64,000 nt of DNA from NCBI GenBank assembly GCA_000004985.1, contig GG738852.1. One strand, given 5' to 3'. Positions within the stretch are counted from its first letter, which is position 1; each line of letters begins with the position of its first letter. The notes under the pieces were generated by a model. The model searched no databases, was not told the origin of the DNA, and saw nothing but the letters and a program-made list of their open reading frames with translations. Origin of the DNA: Naegleria gruberi (Eukaryota). Below, in pieces: positions 34,384 to 42,745 of this stretch. Position numbers and translations under genes: made by a program.

Positions 34384-35814
34384 ATGAGTGAATTGACGAA
34401 ACTCTTTGAGGATGAGAACTTGAAGAAGAACATTTCATCCCTCCTTTTCTTTATGAGTGAAGTCGAGAAGATAGTAGAAAATCCCACTAGTTATGACCTT
34501 CATATCGCTCTGTATATGGGTGTTGAAAAATTGAAAGATTTTCGATTAAGAACCAAACAGTATAAATTCTGGAAATTCGAGAATGTTATTCCTTTGGATG
34601 TCTATACTGTTACTTCGAAGGAGTGTATTTTAGATGCAAAGCTAACTAAGAATGTTATTTGTACAGAATTGATGGAAGAAGAAAGTGAGAAAGCCAGGGC
34701 TGAGCTCTTGCAAAATGAAGACAGCAAGCAAAAGAACTCGGGCAAAAATAAGAAGAATTCACTTACTAGCAAGGAAAGGAAGAAAACAAGTTCAACAGAC
34801 AACTCAAAGTTAGCTACTCCAGAAAGAAGAGAAGATGTCTCAAAGGAATCAAGGTCTAACTCCAAAGAGAAAAAGGAAAAAGAGTGTTCGAAACCAAATG
34901 TCTCAACAACAATTGTTCCAGTGAGAGAGAATGAAAGTATTCCCAAAACCGACAGTGTTAGAAAGGAAATAACAGGGTCTTTACATACCAATGAACAAGA
35001 AGGTAATCCTTTACCTCTTGCTACAACTTCCATTGATACTCAACTAATATTAAAAGTCATGAATAGAAGATTTGATGCTATTGAAGGAGAATTTGGTGCC
35101 TTCAAAACTGGGTTTGATGAATTAGAAAAAAGATTTGGTGCTTTAGAAGAAAGATTTGGTGTTTTAGAAGAAAGATTTGATGTATTAGAAGAAAGATTTG
35201 ATGTATTAGAAGAAAAATTTGATGTATTAGAAAAAAGATTTGATACAATGGAAAATAGAATCTCTTCTGCAATTGGTATGCTTTATGAAATGAGTTTAGA
35301 GCAGATGTTAAAAGATGAAGGCTTTGAGGTCGAATGCAACGTTGTTTATGACGAGAAAAAATTTGGCCCTCAATTTGACAAGTTAAAGAAAGCCAAGACT
35401 TTAAAAAATACCTGGAATAATTGTTTGCGCAATTTAGAACAACAAAAGAGAATTTCTACAACTCAAAGGTATTCCCTTTCTTTCTACTCTCCATCAATTG
35501 AGTTTAACTTTATTGTTAGAGATAATGAAAGAGTTACAACCCTAGTTGTTGAGGCATCCACTAACAACTTGACAGGAAATGCTCTTATTGTTAAGATGCT
35601 CCAATTGGAACGACAAGTAAGATTCTTCCAGGCTTGTAATTGTAATAATTTAGATTACGTAGCATTTATATCCCCAAGCTTGTTTACTAACACAAATGCT
35701 GAAATGTCAAAACTAATAACTGAGTTTCCAGGAGTATTTGAGAATTTAAAAAACTACAAAGCAAAAGGCAGGCTGTTCTTCAACAGAAAAGGAGCAAGGC
35801 TAAAAATTGAATAA
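34384..35814 (+). CDS. Hypothetical protein with seven tandem EERFDVL heptads; its last ~17 codons lie inside a dispersed ~165-bp repeat
   Basis: 476-aa ORF. K/S/E-rich middle, tandem ERFGALEERFGVLEERFDVLEERFDVLEEKFDVLEKRFDT, C-terminal FFNRKGARLKIE*. Confidence 0.55.
   Translation: MSELTKLFEDENLKKNISSLLFFMSEVEKIVENPTSYDLHIALYMGVEKLKDFRLRTKQYKFWKFENVIPLDVYTVTSKECILDAKLTKNVICTELMEEESEKARAELLQNEDSKQKNSGKNKKNSLTSKERKKTSSTDNSKLATPERREDVSKESRSNSKEKKEKECSKPNVSTTIVPVRENESIPKTDSVRKEITGSLHTNEQEGNPLPLATTSIDTQLILKVMNRRFDAIEGEFGAFKTGFDELEKRFGALEERFGVLEERFDVLEERFDVLEEKFDVLEKRFDTMENRISSAIGMLYEMSLEQMLKDEGFEVECNVVYDEKKFGPQFDKLKKAKTLKNTWNNCLRNLEQQKRISTTQRYSLSFYSPSIEFNFIVRDNERVTTLVVEASTNNLTGNALIVKMLQLERQVRFFQACNCNNLDYVAFISPSLFTNTNAEMSKLITEFPGVFENLKNYKAKGRLFFNRKGARLKIE
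35095..35250 (+). repeat. Tandem 21-bp coding repeat (ttagaagaaagatttgatgta x about 7)
   Basis: Direct reading of the DNA, mirrored in the heptad protein repeat. Confidence 0.8.
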
Positions 35815-35935
35815 GCTAAAATTTAGATTTATTTAGTTTATTTTTGGTAAATTATGAAAGAAATTGGATTAAGGATAAAGATCAAAATTATACAATAAAC
35901 TTAGAATTTCTTATGCTTTTTAACAAATGGTGATT
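35760..35935 (+). repeat. Copy 1 of a ~165-175 bp direct repeat: 3' end of gene 34384..35814 plus downstream spacer plus a pseudo 3' end of the DEAD-box gene
   Basis: About 88% identical to 37320-37495, including an identical 37-mer aaacttagaatttcttatgctttttaacaaatggt. The minus-strand reading gives SPFVKKHKKF*. Confidence 0.8.
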
Positions 35936-36003
35936 AAATGAATTGATTGTTAGCAGAATAAGAGTAAACTTATTGGATTAGATGTTTCAGATCTTCCAAG
36001 AAA

Positions 36004-37245
36004 TTAATATTGTGCATCTTGGTTTTGAACATTTATGGGCTTAGTATTAAATTCTAACAATTGCTTATTTACAACCAAGAGTGTCTTCTCTACAAGTTCT
36101 CTTAATTCTTTAATTTCAAGTTCTACTATTTGCTTTGCGTCATTGAGATATGCTAGAGAGGCTTCATACTGATTTGAGGTGAAGAACAAGGATCTATTAT
36201 TTCTCACTGTATGAATAATTGCATAGCAATATAAATAAATGAACTTTGCACACCTTGTCGTGTGGCAACTAATCTCTAAATTACTACCATTTTTCAAACA
36301 ATCAACATGAATTCCATGAAAATACCCAGTTTTTTCCTTACTCAACAAACTCTCAGAAATGTTACTATACTGATCATCTCCAGGAAGCGATAGTATTTCT
36401 CCTTCCTCAACAAATCTAACCATACTTCCAGAAAGGCCAACTGTTGCACAGCCATGTTGCTGTTTTCCTGTATTCGAGAGAGTTGTTTCTCCAAAAGAGG
36501 CTATCATTTCACTATGACCAGACAATACACCTTGGAGCTTACTAGACACTTCACTGATTACAGCTTCCTTCTCATCTTCAATCAATACAACTTCTCCATT
36601 TTCCATAATTCTTTTGACAACACTTTCAGTAACAAACAAGTCCATGACACAAGAAGGTACACCTCCAATTACAGCACAATTATATGGACATGTTGCAAGT
36701 TTCTTTGGCAACTTGGGCACAACAATGTTTCCTACCAATTCAGGAGGCACACAAACCAGTGCTAAATCAACCTGCGAATACTCCTTATTTAAATCTCTTG
36801 TTTCACGAGTGAGTATTTGCCTAGACCTGAACAAACCAGTTTGAAAGTCAACTTTTTGTGCTCTTCCAACAATATGATCAGCTGATAAACCAAAGCAAGT
36901 AGTGATAAAGTTAACATTTCCTTCTAAATCTCCAGCTATTCGAGCAGTTGTTCCAATATAGGCTGTAAAATCAAAGCTAGACTTTACATGTACAAGTGTA
37001 TTATCATTTCTATTCTCAAGCATAATAGGTGTTCGGGAAACTGTTGAAACTCTGGGAAGCAGAAGAGTAAGATTTTCTTCCCACGAAGGAGGTTTGCTAG
37101 ATACCAAACCAGAGTCATCCACTAGGATTGATAGTCTTGAGAGCTTGGATACCTTTGGAACTATTGGAGTCTCTGATTTGAATTTAACAAGAATACCTTC
37201 TTTTGTTCTTGTAGCCTTTCTTGGGGGTTTTTTGAGTGAGGTCAT
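36004..37245 (-). CDS. Hypothetical protein (413 aa), family not recognised; sits between the two repeat copies
   Basis: ATG-initiated ORF, TAA stop. Weak ASKHA-like DxG (ILVDDSGLV) and an ENG tripeptide (IMENGEVV). No confident assignment. Confidence 0.5.
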   Translation of the reverse strand: MTSLKKPPRKATRTKEGILVKFKSETPIVPKVSKLSRLSILVDDSGLVSSKPPSWEENLTLLLPRVSTVSRTPIMLENRNDNTLVHVKSSFDFTAYIGTTARIAGDLEGNVNFITTCFGLSADHIVGRAQKVDFQTGLFRSRQILTRETRDLNKEYSQVDLALVCVPPELVGNIVVPKLPKKLATCPYNCAVIGGVPSCVMDLFVTESVVKRIMENGEVVLIEDEKEAVISEVSSKLQGVLSGHSEMIASFGETTLSNTGKQQHGCATVGLSGSMVRFVEEGEILSLPGDDQYSNISESLLSKEKTGYFHGIHVDCLKNGSNLEISCHTTRCAKFIYLYCYAIIHTVRNNRSLFFTSNQYEASLAYLNDAKQIVELEIKELRELVEKTLLVVNKQLLEFNTKPINVQNQDAQY

Positions 37246-37319
37246 GAAGAATTTTTTTTAGCTTATTCGATACTTGATTAAAATATCATCAGCATCTCTT
37301 AATAAAACAAAATGATTTT

Positions 37320-37495
37320 AAAAACAAAACACAAGTTGTTCTTCAATAGAAAAGGAACAATATCAAAAATTGAATAAGATTAATTTAGATTTAATTTAGT
37401 TTGTTTTTTTGGTAAATTGGGAAGGAGATTGGATTAAGGAATGATCAAAATTATACAATAAACTTAGAATTTCTTATGCTTTTTAACAAATGGTT
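37320..37495 (+). repeat. Copy 2 of the ~165-175 bp direct repeat; contains the true last 10 codons and stop of the DEAD-box gene plus a relic of the + gene C-terminus (LFFNRKGTISKIE*)
   Basis: Alignment by eye against 35760-35935. Both coding relics stay in frame. Confidence 0.8.
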
Positions 37496-39437
37496 TGCTT
37501 TCACCACCATTGTTATCATTATTCCATGACGATGATCCACCATTGTTATTATCATTATTCCAGTTATTATTGTAACCACCACGGCCACCACCTCTACCAC
37601 CACGACCTCCTCTGAAGCCACCTCTTCCGCCTCTTCCACCTCTACCACCACGACCTCCTCTAAAGTCATCCTTTTCAGTATTGGCATCTAAGAATTCCAT
37701 CAAGCCTCTCTTCTTTGGATTGGCATCTTCAGTGGATTCTTCTTGATTCGATTCTTCTGCTTGTGGAGTTTCTTCTTCCTTATTAAATCTGTTGAATTTC
37801 TTATCGTTATTGAATGATGGTTTGTTGTCATTGTACTTGTCAAAGTTCTTCTTGAAACCACCTCCATTATTATTATTTTGGAAGCCACCTCTGCTCTTCA
37901 AACCAAATGATGATTTCAAACCTTCTTCATCAAAATCATTCATCTTGAAACCCAACTTTCTAGCAAACATATTGAAAACACTACCATAAGTATTAACAAG
38001 TTTGAAAGCATCTCTATTCAATTGATTATTTTGGACAATTGAACAAACTTCTCTTTGAATTTCATCCAATTCTCTATCAGTAACCTTATTATCAAGTTCA
38101 CCAAGCTTTTCCCAATCTTTTTCATCTTCCTTATCACTATTCAACATCATGTTAAAGTATTGGAGAGCAACTTCCTTTTCTCTTGGAGTCAAGAAGAGAA
38201 CTGAGAGACCCTTCTTACCAGCTCTAGCAGTTCTACCTGCTCTGTGGAAATAATCGGCAGGTTGTTCTGGAATATCAAATTGAACAATCAAATCGACATT
38301 AGGGAAATCGAGACCTCTGGCAGCAACGTTAGTAGCAACCAAAATACCAGGATTTCTATCTTCCATAAATTGGAAGAAAATTTCACTTCTCTTTTCTTGT
38401 GTCATATTTCCGCTCAATTGAACAACATTTCCAACTCCTGATGCATTTTGTAAAACAGTTGTTGCAAATTCTACTGACAATTTTGTACTGACGAAAGTAA
38501 TAATCTTCTTATCTACATTATTTCTCAAAACTGAAACGAGAGCAGCCATCTTTTTATCATTTGGAACTTCATAATATCTTTGTTCCAAAGTAGAAACTCT
38601 CTTTGAACCTCCATTATCAAGACCAAGTTTCATAATATCATTCTTTAAAGAAATATGAGCCAAATCATCAACCTTATCAGTCATTGTGGCAGAGAAGAGA
38701 TAGGTTTGACGTTGTTTTGGTAATTGCATAACAATCTTTTTCAAAGTTTCTTCAAAACCAGAATCCAACAAACGATCAGCTTCATCCAAAATAAAGAATT
38801 TAAGATGAGTGCAATCAAGACTTTCTCTTTGAATGTGATCCAAACATTTACCTGGTGAGGCAATTAAAACTCTAACAGTTGGATCAGCTAATTGAGCTTG
38901 TTCAACAGAAACCTTGTTACCTCCGATAACACAAGCAGCCTTATAATTAGTATGTTTTAACAACTTGTCAGCAACAGTTTGAATTTGCAAAGCCAATTCT
39001 CTTGTTGGAGCCAAAACCATAATATAAATACCATGAACATTCTTTTCATTTTCCATCATACAGGACAATGATGGAACCAAGAAGGCAAGAGTTTTACCTT
39101 GACCTGTAGCTGCTTGAGCAATAATATCCTTTCCCTTACCCTTTTCTCCGAGAGCATTTGGAATTGTTAAATGTTGGATAGCAGTCATGTATTCAAATCC
39201 GAACTCCTTCTTTAAAGATTTTAATAATTGTGGATGAATTCCTTCGACTTCTTCAAATTTCATTTTAGAAGCAACAGCATTACCTTCGGCATCTTCAGTG
39301 ACTGGAAGCACGATAGTTTCAACAGATTGCTTCTTTCTGAGTTGAACATTTTCAGAAGCATCAAGTGTTGAGACGTTACCACTGGCATCCTTCAATGTCT
39401 TGGTACCATTCTTGTTAAATTTGATGTGAGCAGGCAT
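37464..39437 (-). CDS. ATP-dependent DEAD-box RNA helicase with a C-terminal RGG/GAR tail
   Basis: Q motif (FEEVEGIHPQLL...TAIQ), motif I AQAATGQGKT, Ia LAPTRELALQI, II DEAD, III SAT, VI HRAGRTARAG. C-terminal GRGGRGGRGGRGGFRGGRGGRGG. Confidence 0.9.
   Translation of the reverse strand: MPAHIKFNKNGTKTLKDASGNVSTLDASENVQLRKKQSVETIVLPVTEDAEGNAVASKMKFEEVEGIHPQLLKSLKKEFGFEYMTAIQHLTIPNALGEKGKGKDIIAQAATGQGKTLAFLVPSLSCMMENEKNVHGIYIMVLAPTRELALQIQTVADKLLKHTNYKAACVIGGNKVSVEQAQLADPTVRVLIASPGKCLDHIQRESLDCTHLKFFILDEADRLLDSGFEETLKKIVMQLPKQRQTYLFSATMTDKVDDLAHISLKNDIMKLGLDNGGSKRVSTLEQRYYEVPNDKKMAALVSVLRNNVDKKIITFVSTKLSVEFATTVLQNASGVGNVVQLSGNMTQEKRSEIFFQFMEDRNPGILVATNVAARGLDFPNVDLIVQFDIPEQPADYFHRAGRTARAGKKGLSVLFLTPREKEVALQYFNMMLNSDKEDEKDWEKLGELDNKVTDRELDEIQREVCSIVQNNQLNRDAFKLVNTYGSVFNMFARKLGFKMNDFDEEGLKSSFGLKSRGGFQNNNNGGGFKKNFDKYNDNKPSFNNDKKFNRFNKEEETPQAEESNQEESTEDANPKKRGLMEFLDANTEKDDFRGGRGGRGGRGGRGGFRGGRGGRGGGRGGYNNNWNNDNNNGGSSSWNNDNNGGESKPFVKKHKKF
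37530..37680 (-). repeat. GC-rich tandem imperfect 9-nt repeat encoding the RGG tail
   Basis: ccacctctaccaccacgacctcctct... units read on the + strand. Confidence 0.6.
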
Positions 39438-39583
39438 GTTTAGGTTGCTGTTTTTTTTTCAAAGCAAAATGTTCAACAATTTTGTTGTTTGAATTTTTGA
39501 CCTCATTGATCGTCTTGTTAAATATTCAAATCATAACTCATATTGATATTCTATTGTTACGACTTTTGTTGTGGGGTAAATGA

Positions 39584-40576
39584 TTAATATCTTCTTTTAT
39601 TGTGAGGAGGTTGATAATTACTGTTATTGTTATAATACCTCTTTTGGGCTCCTCCACTATTGTTATTAGAATAATTACGATTATTGCTAGTATTGGAATA
39701 GGAATTATTAGAATGTTCATTTGATCCCCCAACATTTCGTCTAGATTCTCTGGATTCTTCATTGGAACGTTGCTGTTTGTTTTTTCTAATGGTATTCTCA
39801 ATGTCACTCAATCCAACCAGTGAAGATGAATTATCATTGAGAACATTGAGATAAACTGCCTTTGGTCGTTTGTACATTTCCTTAATGTGTTTTTCAACAA
39901 ATTCCAATTCATCTCTTGTTGTATTGAATAAGAGCCACCAAGCAGGATTCTCAGGTAAGACTCGGGAATGTTCCTTTGCTGACATGTAAACAGCTCCACA
40001 AGCAATCACTTGAGGTTTTGCACTCAGACTTAAAACAGAACATCTCAAAGCATCATTACAATAATTCCAAGCAGTTTGTGTTAAATCCTCATGTCCTTCA
40101 AGGATGTGCATGACAAACAAAATGTATTGATGAGGCAATTCAATATTATAGAATGTAAATCCTAATTCAATGAGAATGTATCTCTCCGTTCTTATTAAAT
40201 GTGATTTTAAAAGTTCCACAATATCTGGTGAAATGTAATACAATTCCGGATAGATAATATCGATAAAAACTTGTAAAAAGTGAAAAATTGATCGGTGTGT
40301 TTCTTGAATTTTACAACTAATAAAAAGACTAGCCATAGCAACATGTCTCACACAAAATTCCTTCATTGACTTTTTCATATAAAATCGATGAAAAATTATT
40401 TGTGCATGAGAAATGGTTGTTTGAGGTAATTCCAACAATATTCCGGCATCTTGAATTAGTTGGCATGCATATAACTGCAAATTGGTTTCATCATTTTCCG
40501 AGAGTTGATCTTTCCGTGATGGAGTTTCATTTTTAATAAATTCGAGAGGGATAAGTGGTGGAGAGGTGTCTTTCAT
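39584..40576 (-). CDS. Cyclin L (transcription/splicing cyclin) with a C-terminal Arg/Ser/Asn-rich tail
   Basis: [27 protein letters not shown] vs human [55 protein letters not shown] vs [42 protein letters not shown] vs HWFLLFGATEEEIQ. Confidence 0.85.
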   Translation of the reverse strand: [330 protein letters not shown]

Positions 40577-40695
40577 TTTTTTTTAATCAAATATGTTTTT
40601 ATTTTATCAAAATTATATGTGTTGGCCATAGATTAATACTAGTTTTTTTGAATTGAGTACTCTTTCATCAGTTTAAAAGCTTGATGGAAGCTCAA

Positions 40696-41247
40696 TTAAT
40701 TTAATTCCAATTCTACAAGGCAAAGAGCAATGAATCTATTGGAATCCACATTGAATAAATCTGAAACATGACACAAATCTCTTGATGTGTATCCTCGTTG
40801 TTCTTTTCCTTCAAATTTCAACTTTTTCACAATTCTCAAGGTAAGGTAAAATTCTCCTAATTCAGTGTCATCCTCCTCGTTAAGGATTTTTATTAGAATA
40901 GCCACAAACTTTGCTTTCTTTCCCATATTCTTTCCAATATTCTTGTATTTGAGATTGAGTTGTTTCTGTTGTTTGATGGCTGTTCCAACAGATTTGCAAG
41001 ATTTAGTCGATAGTTTTTGTAGAACATTAACAGGTAATCCTTCTGGAATGATAGGTCCTCGATCACTGACTTGCTCATCACAACAACAACAACTGTATGC
41101 ACCATGATAGTGCAATCGAAAATGAGAAATTTCAATAATGAGTGTATTCATTCGCAAATTGTGGAAAGGTGTAGCAAAGGTAACTGTGAGAGTGGTATTA
41201 ATTCCTGATATGTTGAATATCTTTGTCTGAGTGTTTGAGCTGCTCAT
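40696..41247 (-). CDS. Hypothetical protein (183 aa) with a CCCC cluster
   Basis: ATG ORF, no recognised family. Confidence 0.4.
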   Translation of the reverse strand: MSSSNTQTKIFNISGINTTLTVTFATPFHNLRMNTLIIEISHFRLHYHGAYSCCCCDEQVSDRGPIIPEGLPVNVLQKLSTKSCKSVGTAIKQQKQLNLKYKNIGKNMGKKAKFVAILIKILNEEDDTELGEFYLTLRIVKKLKFEGKEQRGYTSRDLCHVSDLFNVDSNRFIALCLVELELN

Positions 41248-41799
41248 GACTTTCTTTTTTCAAAACGTGAAATTGAAACGTGACAATGGGCAGTATTACC
41301 AATCTGCACAATTATAAATCACGATCTTAATCTAATTCTATTTATAACAATTCTCTATTTTTGTTCACTGGTCACATTAAGCGAGAAGTTGTTGAGACCT
41401 TTCCAATAGGCACTCGAGTCACAACTTTTTTATTTCTTTATTGTTGAGTCTAATTTTTTTAATACTGATACTAATATGTGTAATATAGCTGATTCTCTAT
41501 TATTTTATTTTAAAATATTGAATCCATTGAGAAAATACTCTCAGATTAGGATCTGGTTTTTCCTTTAAAAAAATCCTTGAGGCAATTTGAAATAAGCTGG
41601 TTCAACATTTAATATCAGCAGCTAAAGACCTTGGGTCATGGATTACCATTGCTGACTGGACAGCATGATACTGCTTGTTTATGCCCAAGGTGACCATTTT
41701 AATTTAATATTGATAAACTTGTGAATGAAATTTGTGAAACTCAAAAATCAAATAAAAGCATAAAATGTTGAGTTAAATTTAGAATCAAACAACAAAAAA

Positions 41800-42192
41800 A
41801 TGTCCAAAGACACATCAAAGAATAATGCAAATAACAATGCAAGACTCATAAATTTATATCGTCATTGTACTTTAGGATTAAAATTGAATGAAAGTTTACA
41901 AGACTTGAAAGAACAAGATAAAATCTCGGAAGACGTTATTGAAAGGGTGATGAAGGTATATGATAAATGTGTCTGTAATGCCCTCAGCAATAAATTGAGC
42001 AACAAGGTTTCCTTCAAAGCCGGATGTACAACTTTTAATTTCAACAATAATGTCTATGTATGGATGCTAAATGATGTGAATTTAAAGATGGGAAATACAA
42101 AACTTGATACATTAGATTTTGTCAAGGTTGTGGCTTGTGAAGGAACTACAACAACAACGAAAAAGACAAAAAAGAGAAAGAGTCAAGATTAA
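41800..42192 (+). CDS. TOA2: Transcription initiation factor IIA gamma (small) subunit
   Basis: LYRHCTLGLKLNESLQDL..., NKVSFKAGCTTFNFNNNVYVWMLNDVNLKMG..LDFVKVVACEG aligns with human GTF2A2 (LYRNTTLGNSLQESLDEL..., [39 protein letters not shown]). Confidence 0.9.
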   Translation: MSKDTSKNNANNNARLINLYRHCTLGLKLNESLQDLKEQDKISEDVIERVMKVYDKCVCNALSNKLSNKVSFKAGCTTFNFNNNVYVWMLNDVNLKMGNTKLDTLDFVKVVACEGTTTTTKKTKKRKSQD

Positions 42193-42390
42193 TCATCTCT
42201 ATACTCTAAGAGTCTTGTAAATATTGTTAATTATTATTTATTATTCACCACAAGATTTAATCCGCCACTTTGTGATGGTGATGCAAATTATTTTCAATTC
42301 AAAATTTCTATTAGCTTCCTAACTTGTTTTCTCCTTTCCCAATCTGTATTGATCATTCAATTATTATTAATTCATACAATGTAATTAAAC

Positions 42391-42702
42391 TTAATCGGTC
42401 TTTGATGATTTTTGTTGTTCAGCTTCATGTTGCTTTTTTATCAATTTCAATCTTTGAATTTCTGTTTGCACTGCTCTATCACTTTGAACAGTACGCAATC
42501 CTTGTTCCTCCAATTTATTGTAGCACATTTTGAGGCCGTAAACTTCCTTTTGACAAGCTACCCAACGATGATTGTTAGATTCCAAACATTGATCCATATC
42601 CCAGTATTGTTTAGCACAAGGTCCGAGACCTGCAACAATATTATCAATATCGTTCATGTCTACTTCATTGGATGATGTTGATTCGTTGGTCTTGTTGGTC
42701 AT
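42391..42702 (-). CDS. Twin Cx9C (CHCH-domain) mitochondrial intermembrane-space protein, Cmc/Cox19-like
   Basis: CAKQYWDMDQC and CQKEVYGLKMC, both C-x9-C, 10 residues apart. 103 aa. Confidence 0.6.
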   Translation of the reverse strand: MTNKTNESTSSNEVDMNDIDNIVAGLGPCAKQYWDMDQCLESNNHRWVACQKEVYGLKMCYNKLEEQGLRTVQSDRAVQTEIQRLKLIKKQHEAEQQKSSKTD

Positions 42703-42745
42703 TTTTAAAATAAATTATTATTAAAATTAAATAATCAAAAAAGGT

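Noticed and set aside
35760-37495. The two 165-bp direct repeats as LTRs of a retroelement
   Set aside because: No TG...CA termini, no gag/pol-like ORF between them, and both repeats consist of the neighbours' own coding 3' ends and spacer
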